Shown in pieces: positions 1 through 13,129 of a stretch of 64,000 nucleotides of DNA. Made by a program: the position numbers and the translations under genes. A model generated the notes under the pieces. That model had not been told where the DNA came from. It worked only from the letters and a program-made list of their open reading frames with translations, and did not search any database. The stretch spans positions 77,996,001 to 78,060,000 of the forward strand of contig CM060731.1 of the NCBI GenBank assembly GCA_030704615.1, written 5' to 3'. The first letter of the stretch is position 1; each line of letters starts with the position of its first letter. This DNA is from Takakia lepidozioides (Eukaryota > Plantae > Bryophyta).

Positions 1-677
1 AATAAACTTGTAAAGTGAACCCTTTGTTCTTAAACTAGCCTTTCATTTGCAAGTTCCATTATTCTCCAACCTTTCATGATGATTGAAATGGAATTGGCTT
101 GGTTCTTATGAATATGAGGTCAAGTGTCTCCGTCCCTTGACTCCATATTCTTGTCTTCGGGATTATTCCACCCTCATCTTCCGTGATCAGTACAAAGGGA
201 AAATGTACCTGACACTACTTGCTTGCAGACAAGGGAGAATTATTCATAGATGACATAACAGACACCCTACATTCACACAGTAGATCTTTTATTCACAATA
301 CAAATACACATCAACACCTGATGTACACTGTTTGAAACCCCAAATCATCACTGAGCTCTAGAGCTCAATCATTGGAGGTCGGCTGTATATTCGAACACCA
401 ACTATTTCTGGACAGACGAAGTTGATGATTACAACAGTGATCATGGTGATGGTGGTGAAGTGCCGAAAGACTTAGATTTTGCTCCAACGGAAACATCAAC
501 AATGTGACGTCTTATGTTGCGCCGTAGAAATAAACCCAAATGAATGGTGTTATTTTGTCCACACATATTATACATGATATGCAAATGTTTATTGGCTCCT
601 CCCTAAAAAGGAGACTACCCATCAGTTTCCAAAAAAAGGCAACTACCTGTTACACCTGGCCCAGATAACACCAACCT

Positions 678-887
678 CACATTACCTCCCTGCAGGTTAA
701 TTAAATTGACTGAAACCATCTGAGCCGTCAAACCCACCATCAACCGACGTCACATTACCTCCCTGCAGGTAAATTAAATTGACTAAAACTGTCAAACCCA
801 CCATCAACCGACGTCACATTCCCTCCCTGCAGGTAAATTAAATTAACTGAAACCATCTGAGCCGTCAAACCCACCATCAACTGACGG
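678..887 (+). repeat. Tandem repeat, 3 copies of a 64-73 bp unit
   Basis: CACATT(A/C)CCTCCCTGCAGGT...GTCAAACCCACCATCAAC units start at 678, 751 and 815. Confidence 0.9.
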
Positions 888-2024
888 CAAAAATATCTCG
901 CAGAATCTAATACCAAAAAGGTGGTAAAATATTTTACGCTTAAAAAGCTGCTGGACATTCGTGGATGGATCCCCATTGACGAAGGTCTGACCCTCAGATC
1001 TCTCCACATCAACATGGCCTGTTCTATTCTAGTTCTAAGAGGGGATGTCCTGCAGTTGTTTTTCTTTTTTTTCTTTTTCTTTTATTTTTGGGGTTAGCAG
1101 TTCCACATACAACGGCCTCCCGGTCCTAATGGCTGTATGACTGAAATTTTAATCTAAAGGAATTGACATGCCAATCACGAATGACGGAATGGAGTCCTTG
1201 TTGTAGTTAAATGAATGAAAAATGGATGGGATCAACTCCCCGGTGTCCCACAAAATAAACATGCCGTACCATTTAGGCATTTTTTTGCCTAATAAATATA
1301 GAAAAACAACAAGGCTGCTTAGGCACGTTTCTCAAACCATATCTTCACATTACGCATCTTCATGCTATAAGTTTTTTGAATTAGACACATAAAAAGAGAA
1401 AAAATTGATGTTTTACGAATTAAAATTAAAATTAAAAACCCAATGTGGTGGACGAGGTAGACGGAGAGATCATGATGATTAGCGATGAGGATGAATATGA
1501 TGACATTGTCGAGTCCATGCAGGGGCCTTTGGAATGCAGGGGCCTTCGGAAATTACGGAGTTGTCGCAAATAGATTGGGATTTGCTCGAATGTTTAGGAA
1601 TTAGGCACTTTGATCCTATAGTTTCTGTGCAATTAGGCCAAAATTCCCAAAACGCGCTAGACACTTTCAATTTGAATTAATTATCATATAAATGGTTGGT
1701 AAGGGACGGTATATCCACATCGCTCGAAATAAACTCGTTGGGTAAGCCTAGTCTCTTCGGCATTCGCTATTAAAAAAAGGGGCTGGTTGGGCCAATCGGT
1801 CACCTTATGTGGCGGACTTTCGAGGTCTGGGGAGAAATAGGGCTACATCCCATTTTCAAAAAAATAAAAATAAAAATAAAAATAAAACTTATTTCGCCCT
1901 TTCTAGTAAAAATAATAATAACTATTTGTAGCAATTGGTTTGAGGGTTGGCAGCCGTTCTTTATCTGAAATTTTAGTGTTTTGTTTTAGATTTTTTTTAA
2001 ACCCTTTAAAATGTATATATATTC

Positions 2025-2290
2025 AGTTATTTATTAATAACCTTCAAGTATCTATTATCCAGGAGAGGTTCATTTAGAGCAGATGTTATCTGGGGAAGGC
2101 CCTTTAAATATATATACATATATAATTATTTATTAATAACCTTCAAGTATTTATTATCTCAGGAGGTTCATTTAGAGCAGGTGTTATCTGGGGAAGACCC
2201 TTTTTATATATATGTATATAGTTATTTATTAATATCCTTCAAGTATCTATTATCCAATGATAGGTTTATTTAGTGTTATCTGGGGAAGGT
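2025..2290 (+). repeat. Tandem repeat, 3 copies of a ~97-100 bp unit
   Basis: TTATTTATTAATAACCTTCAAGTATCTATTATC...TGTTATCTGGGGAAG occurs three times; the last copy runs into the right TIR. Confidence 0.9.
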
Positions 2291-2916
2291 GTAACAAGGA
2301 GTTGATATACCACTACAGTATACTCACATCCTAAAATATTACCCTTCATTACAAGTAAAACCTCTATTTTTCTTCCACACACACACAACATCATATGGAC
2401 AACCGTATCCTCAAAATAAATATGGTACAAAAGATGCAATGTGAATATTTGATGTTACACAAACTGTATGCCACAGACAACCAACATACTCCAACAAAAC
2501 AATGGTTGATAGTCAAATATCTTGTCTACAAAGTATATAAACAAAAACTAAATCATTACCCTCACTCAACGAGTTACCAAGTTACTGCTATTCATAGTTA
2601 CTGTGATGACAAGTCAGACTTCAATGATAGCAGTGCTGAGAAGTCACAGTTAACAATAGAGGTAAGCTTAGCTAAAAGTTAGCTTCAGTTATTAATGACC
2701 GATGTCAGTGTACCAGAATAGCAGTTGGAGATAACTCAGACGTTATGCTATAGTTATCTCAGATGTTCCTATAATAGACTTTGAGTAGAGAGTTCTCAGT
2801 AATCAATTCATCTTGTCTCTATTCTATGTAAAATAGATGTGGTACAAATTGTTTAACTATTGTTTCTTTCTTTTGTCTTCATTGTTTTCAGGTAATCTTG
2901 TATTTTGGATAGTGTG

Positions 2917-4146
2917 ATGGCTGTAAGACGCAACCGATTTTTTTTTAGTGTAGATAATCTTGATTACAGTGTAAGATATGCAACCTTTGAGTGTTTTGAA
3001 CAGGTATAGAAACTTTGAGAAGACTAACACAGAGTCTTCTTCATTTTTTTACCTGCGTGCTGATATGACAGACAAATATGACATCCAGATTGTCACAATC
3101 ACCATCAGTGGCAATCTTGTGAAGAACCATGAAGAGTGTTTTATCAAAGGGGTTGCATTGAGGATTGAGAACTTTGGCTTGCGCCCTAAACAGAAGTGGG
3201 AGAAATGGGATAGCGAGGTGGCAATAAGGATCAGCTCGACCACAACTGATGAGGTGCTTTTTCTATTCGTTCCTCCTGTTGAGCTCTATTTCTTTCCAAC
3301 ATAATCAATCATTGAATTTGTATCACGCACGGGAGAAAAATCTGTGATTTCCACTCTCGCGGTGGTTGTGATATCTGTCCGGGGGCAGATTGACAGCAAG
3401 TATGAGCTGAAAATTGCCGACGACATCGGCCCTAACGATATCCAAATTGTAAGTTCTAATCCTATAGTTTTACTGTACAAAATGACCGATCTGAAAATGC
3501 AGATTTGACAATGTGGTTTTAAGGTTTCATTTTTAGTTCTTAGCTTTCTTTCGATTTTCAATTATACAAGTTTGGTTTTATGAACATGATAGATTTTGAA
3601 TTTCATTTAGATGTGCTTCAGACCTGTGTGTTGTGAATCTAGCTTTTCCCTTGAAACAATAGAAATTGATACAGATTGTGTTTGATATCATGTAGGTGAG
3701 TTTCATTATTTCCTTTCATTCTGAGTATGGGTGGTTGACAACGACTTTCCGGTCTGGAGGAATAACATGTGTTGTTCTAAAGCACATCACAATTACTCAC
3801 AGTGGTGATGTTTGACTACGGGCATCTTCATCAACCATTGTGACACATGTTCTTGATTCCGTTGCACAACATCGCCTTCAAGTAGTTTTCAACACTCTAA
3901 CATCGCAAGAAAGAGCACAAGCCATTGTGGCATAACAAGTAAGCTTAAACTACTTTTTGTGATATCATTCTTTGTTAATTCAAATTATTTCAACATTGTA
4001 AGTATCTTCTAACTATGCGCATATCCACTGGCGCAGCTTCTAGGGTTGATTTTCAGGTTATGGGAGAGTGGTTGCACACAATCGTAAAACTCGATGAAGC
4101 AAATCTTAGCCCCGTATCTAAAATTGTAGGTTACGATGCAGCTTAA
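2917..4146 (+). pseudogene. RPA70-like OB-fold ssDNA-binding protein (Helitron cargo), spliced, decayed
   Basis: ATG at 2917. Beta-rich OB-like stretches FYLRADMTDKYDIQIVTITISGNLVKNHEECFIKGVALRIENFGLRPK and STLAVVVISVRGQIDSKYELKIAD. GT-AG introns at about 3449-3695 and 3939-4057, with stops and a frameshift. Lies upstream of the Helitron Rep N-terminus. Confidence 0.55.
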
Positions 4147-4999
4147 ATAGTTTGATTCAAGTCAGTTTGCGTCTATTTTGCTCGCCGCCATTGAACGCTG
4201 ACAATATTTTTTGTGGTTCACTATCTCATTTCTAAATATTTCAGTTGTCGTATTCTCGGTTTAAATATTGGTTGCAAATGAAGAACTGTTTTTAATATTA
4301 TATATATTTTTTGTTGTTGATTTGTTGTTATCTTTTTAGAGTTGTTAGATATCATTAAAAAACATTGTCTAGTAATATCCATATTTTTTCAACTTTTTCA
4401 AAATCTTTAGATTTTTTCAGATCTAAAATCCCCTCAGGTCCCTTCAGATCCATCAATTTAAATATTGTTGTTATCTTTTTGGAGTTCTTAGATATCATTG
4501 AAAAAAACACTATAATTAATCAATAAATTTATGCCATAAAATAAAATACTCATGTTTATCAATCATTCATTCTTCACTTGTGACTAGAATTAATCACAAA
4601 TTTATTAAAATAAATTTTATATAAATATATATAATAAATACTCATATTTATCATTTTCTAATTAGTATTATATTTAGTATATACTTTTATTTAAATAAAT
4701 GTAGGTGATACTATTCCAGTATAGTAATATCCATATTTCTCTAACTTACCTCAAGTTTTTTTAAATCTTAGATCCCTTTAGGTCCCTTAAGATCCATCAA
4801 TTTATGTATCGTTTCACATCTACTAACATTTACGCTACAATTTTTTTTTAAAAACTTTATATGCCATATATTCTTAAGATTTTTATTATTATTTATTATA
4901 AATATTATTTATAATTTATCATATTTAATTATAATAATCTAAAAAACAATCATTTGTTACTAAAAATACATATTTTCTTACGCAAATCATTTTTTGAAC

Positions 5000-5490
5000 A
5001 TGGATACAGATTTTTTCTTGCATTCTAAAAATCTCGAACGAGTGAAAAATTATCCATATGCCGTCGGTGATTGTTGGTTCAACTCTATTGCGTTTTTATT
5101 GGAGTATACGTATACATCCGAAGAGTTGCGACAACAAAGCATGGCTTGTTTCTTACAATATCATCAAACCTCCAATAATGATATGTTGGAGATGGTGCAA
5201 ATACATTTTTTCTCCAATTACATGGCGTCCATACTTTCCAAGAATATATTGAGAGAATTTCTTTGAGTGTTGGAAATGGGGGTCTAGAAAGTGACAATCG
5301 CGTTATATTATGTCTGACAAATTATTTGCAAAGACGAATATTAGTTTAGTCAAATACAACAAAAACAATTATGTTATCAGCAGGCGATGAGTTTGTTTCG
5401 CAAACCCCACTTCAAATATTTTTCTCTAGTATCTAATTCTCCTACTTTGTCAAGTAAAAGTGGTCATTACGAGATAATCATCTCTCGTCT
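5000..5490 (+). pseudogene. OTU-like cysteine protease (Helentron-associated)
   Basis: YAVGDCWFNSIA resembles the OTU catalytic GDGNCLF motif, followed by 'EELRQQ'. A downstream SGHYE His motif sits at ~5460-5474. Frameshifted. Confidence 0.7.
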
Positions 5491-5699
5491 CTCCACATCG
5501 AGTCCCATATGTGAGGATATGTCAGCAGTGATCCCAACACATACTTGAAATGACACCCATCAAAGCTATAATCGTAATTGTTTAGAAGTACATCCAAACA
5601 TTGCAAACCATGTGACAACCACTAATTTTCAATTATTTGTAGATAATAATAAAGTTATCCGTTAAGTGACCATCCCTTCCGCCCCTGATACATCCCCAC

Positions 5700-5890
5700 T
5701 ATACCTCTCATGGGCACTTTGCGCGTATTCGTGTAAGTCCTGCAGACAAAGTACCAAAAGCAAAACTAGGGACGGCAACCGCAGGCCCATGCACAGGCGC
5801 ACATATTCTCATTAAGTCGGCGTGGGCCCCGCCCCAGCCACCCTGCCTTCTTCGTTTCACGCCGCGCCACGTATCCCGAGAGGAAAGCCA
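5700..5890 (+). promoter_or_regulatory. Putative GC-rich promoter of the RepHel gene
   Basis: GC-rich patch in AT-rich DNA with GGCCCA/TGGGCC site-II-like motifs and CCACGT, followed by a pyrimidine tract and TTGCAG acceptor (~6005) before the ORF. Confidence 0.3.
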
Positions 5891-6053
5891 AAAAACAAAT
5901 GCCGGATCAAACTTGTTTTACTCTCATTTTGGTGTTATTTTGAGTTCGGTCAAGTCTTTTCTTTCTTTGTACTTTAATCCCCTGCTCATTTGACATTTAT
6001 TGCAGGTCAGCCTATCTTTTGGTCAAACTGGCCTAACTCACCCTCCATCCCTA

Positions 6054-7270
6054 ATGGATAATTTTAATGAATGTATGAACGTTCATACTAAACCAATACG
6101 TTTTAAATGGTTATCTATTCATGATAATATCATATCGAATTTAACGGAAAATTATCTTTCTTCCACCCTCAAAAACATAACAGAATTTTTTGCAATACAA
6201 CAGATGAATTTACAACTACATTTCTCTCAAATCTACTCTCACTTAAAGTATATCATCCAAAAATGAAGAAATGTTGCAAAACGTATTGACAGTTCAATAA
6301 TACAACTTGACAATATTCCAAATAATGTACAACCAAGTAACGATAACTCTACCTCCACTCCAATTTCAGTCTCAAATGTTGAAGAAGAAATTAGTTTGAA
6401 CTCATCAGATAATCATAAATACCAATATACCAAAAAGTTGCTTGATATTCCAATACATCCATGCATATATTATCACAGACTATGTTTCAAAAAACAAATA
6501 TCCAAACTTACCAAAAAAATCCAAAGAAAAACTTACGGAGTTGTAAATTATTACTTCTTAAGGATGAACTTCCTAAATACCAAGTACCTATTCAAATATC
6601 ACTCAATAAATCGATAGATTTTGTTTATAGATTAACCCAATTGGAAGAAAGACTAATAGCACCGCGTATCGCTTTTGCACAAATATACCAATTATAAAGG
6701 TATGGACAGTACGGACTCTGTGGTAATATAATTAACGTTCCATCTAATGCAAATCAAACACAAATGATTTTACCTCGTCTACCGCATGATGATGCTACAA
6801 TTGGTTTGCTTCTAAAACGTCGTCTAGAATACAAATCTCCGTATTTATCAAGCAATGTCTGCCCTAACTCTATCATGAGTGCTTTGTATGATCTTGTCAA
6901 TACACCATTATACATAGAAAACCATGTCACTCTTCGTCCACAATGGTCAAGTCTATTCGTCACATCTCAACAAATACAAGAACAACTATTAACAGACAAT
7001 TGCGATCTTCCAGTAGACTTTGAAGAACTTCCACAGACAATTTCAAAGAAAATGTAGTAACCGATACATTAGTTCAAAATATCTTAAGTTCTGAACAAAT
7101 TCAAATATTTGACGATGATATTTTGACTGTCACACCTAGTCAACATTTTAAACCATTGGGTTTTTTCTACGATATCTATAGCGAAGAATTAAATTTTCCA
7201 ACTCTATTTTTTGGTTTTTCTCGTCAGAAACCTAATTGTTCGAAATTATCTTATCAAGCAATAGCAAAAT
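6054..7270 (+). pseudogene. Helitron/Helentron RepHel N-terminal region (DUF6570-like), truncated
   Basis: RLTQLEERLIAPRIAFAQIYQL*RYGQYGLCGNIINVP...ILPRLP..IGLLLKRRLEYKSPY...V.P...AL..L..TPLY, then SEELNFPTLFFG, typical of the region before the Helitron Rep domain. Ends abruptly at ~7270. Confidence 0.8.
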
Positions 7271-8052
7271 GATCGAGGTCTGATGGTGCACCTTCGGGTA
7301 TCGAAAGTTATTGATGTTTCTATGGTAGTGAAATTATTTTTAAGGTCAAATCCACCTTTGGCAGCTAGAGGTGCCGGATATGAAAAATATATATATGGAG
7401 ACTTAAACTATAAAGCCAAATCGCAATTTGAGGGACTCTCGCAAGAATTTCAGGGGCTAAAATTGGAATTTGAGGGGGGCCCTCAAATTGCAATTTCAAT
7501 GGCATATGTGGCCATCCGTGCTTGCATACACAGACTTATAGTATAAGTCATCAATATTATTTATTTATATCCGGCCATCCGGCCATCCGACCATCCAGAT
7601 TTGTATGTGGTCATCCAGATTTCTATCTGAACAACATGTTGTGGACAACACATTGGTCGACAACCATCCTTATCCGAAGCCCATTTTTTTTGAACGGATT
7701 GTCGTAAAGCATTCCAACAATTGGGAGCCGGACGATTTCAGGCAACATAAAAAAGATTAAATAATATTTAATCAAATAACAATTATCTACAAGAGACCTA
7801 CATGAACGTAGAATGGTTGGTAAGTGTTTTCATGTCTTCTCTTTTATGTATGGCACCATGTAAAATGTCATATATGATTATGCAAAAAATTGAGGAAGGA
7901 CAATTCTGAAATTGAAATTGATTTGTATTTTCAATAGTCAAAAAAACATTAAGAACCGTTGTTCGTGACATACACAAACCTACAACGCCATGGGTAACAA
8001 AGGTTTACACCAAGAAGTACCAACCCCTCTCTACACTAGCACTCTTTCAAAA

Positions 8053-9117
8053 CTATGCACAGCTGCTGTTTGTAGCGGTGTTATGTCCCCATGATCTAGT
8101 CTCAACCAAACGAATTAGATCATTCTTTTGCAAAATCACAGCCATGCACCCTACTAGTGAATACATATTTAGCCTTAGGGATACCTGGTGCTCTCTTGCA
8201 ATTCTCTTCTTATCCTCTGCCCTCGTTATCGTAAAACTCAAATCCCCAGAATTATTTTCCAGCTGCAGCATCTATTCGACATCAATGACGCGGCGTTCAT
8301 GCTCTGCTGCAGCCCTAGACCTGCTCTGTCATTCGGTGTGCAGACGTCTGTTCTCAAATCTAAAGTGGAGGATGAGCTGTTTTTGGTATACAATGAAGTT
8401 CATCTCAAGATGACCGATTTGAGCAGCACGGTTGTTCTCCTCCTCCCAAATCTCCTTGTCCAAATCATGCAGTTGGACGCAGAGACCATCAACGTCCACC
8501 ACAAGATTCTCGTACTCATACATGAAGTGGATCAACTCCTCGTAAGAGCCGTCGTTCGTGTCACCTTCATAGTAATGCTCTACCTCCTGCAAGATTTTGT
8601 CAAACCCCTCGCGGATTGTTGTGGTCGTAGCTATGATACAGTTTCTCAGAGTTAACGCGTCGTCTCTCAACGCCTCTACATAGCTCCTGCCATCTACGTC
8701 AACAAGAGACGACAGGGAGCTCACTGAGCCCATAAAGAAAATTAACGAGAGAATGGAAGAGGAGGACAAAAAGTAACGAGAGAGAGTAACGAGATAAAGT
8801 AATTCTGGTCTTCACCTTCGTCATCATTAGGTGTAAACTTTATGTACGGATATGTCAGCTTAGATTTCATTGGGGATATGAAAACAATTTTAGAATCTCG
8901 TCAATGCAACCTCGAAACATACCGCCACCTCCGAAGTCTTTTTCAATGCAACATCGAATGATGTCAATACCTCCGAAGCCCTCTTCACTGCAACATTGTA
9001 ATATGCAACCACCTCCAACGTCTTCTTTAATGCAACAGCAAACGCGTCCTTGTGAGCAACGCTCGACTCTATATGAATCTCTTCCAGAAAGCCAAGGCAG
9101 ACCACGAAGCGGTGCAT
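8053..9117 (-). pseudogene. Coiled-coil/acidic protein of unknown function, decayed
   Basis: ORFs 8329-8769 and 8053-8271 are in the same frame with two intervening stops. Upstream ORF 8890-9117 has 14-aa (42-bp) repeats VALKKT.EV. Confidence 0.4.
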
Positions 9118-9253
9118 GAATTCGTGGCCATGATGGACATGGAGTCATTGATTCTGAAAAGAGATTGAATATTATTTCATGAGAAACTCATGAAGGAGTT
9201 TATCTACAACTATGATTTCTGAAAAATCGATTTCAAAATAATATTTAATATAT

Positions 9254-9735
9254 CGGGATGTGGCGGTCCTATGTGTTCAAGAAAATATTTAAGATGACGG
9301 TCAGATGTGGTGGTCCTGAATGTTCAAGAAAATTTTAATAAATTGGAACCACCAGCTCTGATGGTCCCTATTTTTAAGAAAGTATTTAATAAATCCGGGA
9401 CCGTCAACTTTAGCGGGCACTATTTTGAAAAATATATCTAACGAAACAAGATCATCAACTCTAGCGGTTGCAATAATTATTTATTTATTGGGATAAAATC
9501 GGGTCTGCTACAACTTATGCTCCGATTTTTTTTAATCTTATTTTCCCGTCGAATACCGGGTTAGCTTGCCTCAAATTCAAAATAGATTTTGTGAATTCGA
9601 AAATCGGTGTTCCGGTATTTTGCTATCTTTTTAAACAAAATTAAAAATCAGGACCATCAGCGTCAGTGGTCTCTATTTTGTTTTTTAGAAAAATGAACCT
9701 TAAAAATCGGGACCGCCAGCGTTGAGGGTCTCGAA
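9254..9735. repeat. Degenerate ~52-bp tandem array with a palindromic core GGGACCRYCAGCNCTGRYGGTCCC
   Basis: Cores at ~9296, 9345, 9397, 9448, 9650 and 9709; the AT-rich linkers resemble each other. Confidence 0.7.
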
Positions 9736-11923
9736 TTTGCATTCCATTTTTTTTTAAGAAAAAAACATCGGGTTGACAACTCCAGTCGCTTAAATGCCCA
9801 ACTTGAGCCGCTCAGATCTTTAACTTCAGCTGCTCAGGTCGACAACTTCAGCCACTCAGGCCTCAACAAATAAAATAAATTAAAAATTAAAATATAAAAA
9901 ACCAAAATTAATCAATGAACTAAAGTTAATTGTTTGGATCAATATATTACATTGGTGGTTCATGGTTTAAATCCAATACCTTGCTTTTAACTTTATGTAT
10001 CAATATTTCATGCAAATCTATCATCTAAGAAGATGACGACTCAAACTTTTTTCTCAAATTTAACATCAATAATTCAGGTTTAATATTAATTCTTTACTAT
10101 GTATGGTACAAACAAAAATGAGTATTAAAAATAAAAGTAGTTGAAGTAAAACAACCAAGATGTTGGGTGGAAAGATAACAATGGTCACTCTAGTTGTAGC
10201 CACTTAAGTTCGACATTCTGAAAACAAAATATGTTCAAGCTTACAACCAACTCAAATTTTAAAGTAGTAATAATAATAATAATAATAACTAAGTCAAAAT
10301 TTAAATTTCAGCAAAATATAATAAAATATATAGTTTAAGTCAGAGTTTATTTCGAGTCAAAGTCAAAGTTGTCATCAAGTTCACTTTAATTTACTCAAAT
10401 TTAAGACTTATTATAAGTCAATTAAGTTTACTAAAATTTACTTAAGTATAGAACTTAGCTTATGTAAATGTTTTCCAGTTTAGAACTCAGTCCACTTAAG
10501 TCTTGTAAGTAAAAAAAATATGACTACCAAAACCATTTACTTAATCAACCCATTAGTCCCAATCCAAGGCCGCAGCGGATAGGAAGACCAAGAATATACA
10601 CATGTTTTGTTTATGAATTTTTGTTATATTCCGTTAATTTTGCCCGAGCACATGATGAGTTGTCATCCCGTAGAGTTCATGTGTTATTTCATTACTCACA
10701 TTTTCAACATCTTGGCACCACCATTTGTTGAAGAACGATCAAGTGTCACTAAGTTAGTTTTGACATGAAAATGATTAATAGTCATTTACTGATGTTTGGG
10801 TCAGGGCTAATGTCTTCCTTAATTGAGAGGTAAAGGAATTCATAGTGTGGAGCTTCAGCTCTCCAAACATGAGGTATATAAACTGATTGTAATTCTACAT
10901 GATTTGTTTTCTAGATTATGGCCTCACTCAATTAATCATTGTTGTCAGTATTTTACTATTACTGAAACAAATATTGTTTAAAAATATTGCATGCGGCAAT
11001 ACTGAAGATCGACATTTGAGGACTGATCAGTTCACAATTATTTGATCTACAGTTATTGATGGAGTAACTCAAAATAATCTTCAAATGATTCATGGAAGCT
11101 TTTATTAGAGTCAATACACTCGTCTATATATGTTTATTTTTATATATTATATTTGTATTATTTATAAATTATAAGAAAATATCAAATAAAAATATATATC
11201 TCATCATTATTTATCTATGATTACTAATTTAAACATGTTATGTTATTTTATACATTTTTATGAAAATATAAGCCTTCCATTTTCAATCTATCTGCTCCAC
11301 CATACAAGCGAGTTTCTGTGGATTGTTGACTTATAGACTTTTTTCGAAGTAATGATGACCAATTTCATTATAATGTTTTTCGAGCAAATAAGCAGATGGT
11401 GAATCAAGCATTTATTCAAGCCAAGATCAAATGATGAAACTCAAACTGTCATTAGTTACATATTTGCAAGGATAATGGTTGGAAGCTACAGTTGTTTCCA
11501 TGTTTGAACCCGAATTTTTTGCTTATAGCAAACACAAACAATTTGTTTATCAAGACTAAGTTTGGAATGTAAGTTTATGTTGTCACCCACTTCTTACTTG
11601 GTTGGATTTGAAAACCATTTAAGCCTATAAATTGTACAATATACCACATCATAAATAGCTTATGACATACCTTCATCAATTGTACCGGCATCTACATTAG
11701 ATTCATCCATTGAATCACATTTGATTCCAAAGCTTAAACAAATTCTCGATTCTTTTGGTAGTAAACCACTACTAGACACCAAGGTCTTGTTACAGTTTGA
11801 GTCCCTCTTGAAAAATGAAGCTTTTCGCACTACACCGAAACATGATTTTCAGGTTTTTTTTATTTAGGTGTCATGAATTTCATAACTAAAACCATGAATC
11901 AAAGAAGCATTGATCATAAAATG

Positions 11924-12514
11924 TGTCAAAGACGAGAACATGACTGAACACAAACAAGATATCAAACTAGAGGTACAAGACTAGACAAGAAATCAAGGTC
12001 GGCGTGGCCGAATGCATGATGGGTAAACATGAATCAAGATGATCTTTATAACAATTGACAAGAATACAAGATACTGGAACTTGATTCGAATACTGGAATG
12101 CTGGAAACTGGAGTAGAGTACTGGAAGATGGACTGAAGTATTGGGACTGGGAATAAGAGTAGCTTGAACTTGTGTTGGCGAGACTGAAGAATGTCCAGTC
12201 TCGCCTCCTATATATACTGGCTACAAGAAAGTTCCTTAAGAAGCTTCCCCAATGAAGGTTTTTTTATGGAGAAGTGTCTTTAAACAAAAGTTTCTTGAGG
12301 GAGAAAATTTCCTTAAATAAAGAAGACATCTTGATGGAGAAGTTTCTTCCAAAAGAAGCTTCATGAGCAGTTTCTCAAGTTACTCTTGGTAATTTGATAA
12401 CTAATAGTAATTTATGATAAATCATGATAAATTATGGTAACTTTTGATAACTTCGTAACTTGATAACTTCTGGTATTTACTCCTGGTAAGTTCCTCTGGG
12501 CTATGTCTGCGACA
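11924..12514 (-). repeat. 3' LTR of the Tcn1-like element
   Basis: TGTCAAAGACGAGAACATG...CTATGTCTGCGACA aligns with 17671-18268; adjacent PPT GTAGAGGAGGGGGTGA on the minus strand. Confidence 0.95.
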
Positions 12515-13129
12515 TCACCCCCTCCTCTACGCCGAGTTCCTCGAGGAGCGGTTAAATCTTGGACTTGCTTAGAGTTGGAAAAAATCCAAAATCCGGCGAA
12601 TGATACTTGCCAAGTATTCAGCTTTTCATTCTTGACTCAAATGATTTATAGGTCCTTGCAACCATCGATAGTGTCCAACACCTTGAACTTGGGACCACGC
12701 AGTGATTTGAGCATTCTGATTTTCGAAGCTGCCTTTCAAACATGATTTCGTTGCCCTCTGGATTCGAAGCCTCAACCTCCAACATGATTATCAGATTTCG
12801 TACCTCCACTTGTCGTCGTACGAGGTCCAGACGAGGATGTACGCGTCGCATTTGTGGCTTATCGTCTCGAGAACGTCGCCGTGATGTTAAAGGTCGTGAG
12901 AGTCGAAACGGCTGATCTGGTAGTTGGGTAAGCGACAGCTCCAATGTATCTGGTTCTTGTGACTCCATGCTGCCAATACAAGATGCAGAGTGTTGGAAAT
13001 GTAGCTATATATACTGATGTGTGGTGCTCCTCCCTCTTTAGTGTGTATCAGGTACACTGAATGTGGAGTCTTCACCTTGAAACTTGGCTGACATCATCAT
13101 TGTGATGTCTTATTGACGTGTAGCTCGGA

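Larger units (their letters stand above)
640..2304. mobile_element. Non-autonomous TIR DNA element (~1.66 kb) with subterminal tandem repeats
   Basis: CAACTACCTGTTACACCTGGCCCAGATAACAC at 640-671 is the reverse complement of 2273-2304 with ~4 mismatches. Tandem repeats lie just inside both ends. No coding capacity and no clear TSD. Confidence 0.6.

Noticed and set aside
8904-9119. Plus-strand Gln/Pro-rich ORF
   Set aside because: More likely the antisense shadow of the minus-strand 14-aa repeat gene.
9254-9735. CRISPR-like array (palindromic repeat plus spacers)
   Set aside because: The repeats are degenerate, the spacers resemble one another, there are no cas genes and the context is eukaryotic. 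It is a minisatellite.
10600-11900. Possible decayed exons
   Set aside because: Short coding-like stretches with no recognisable motif; no call can be supported.
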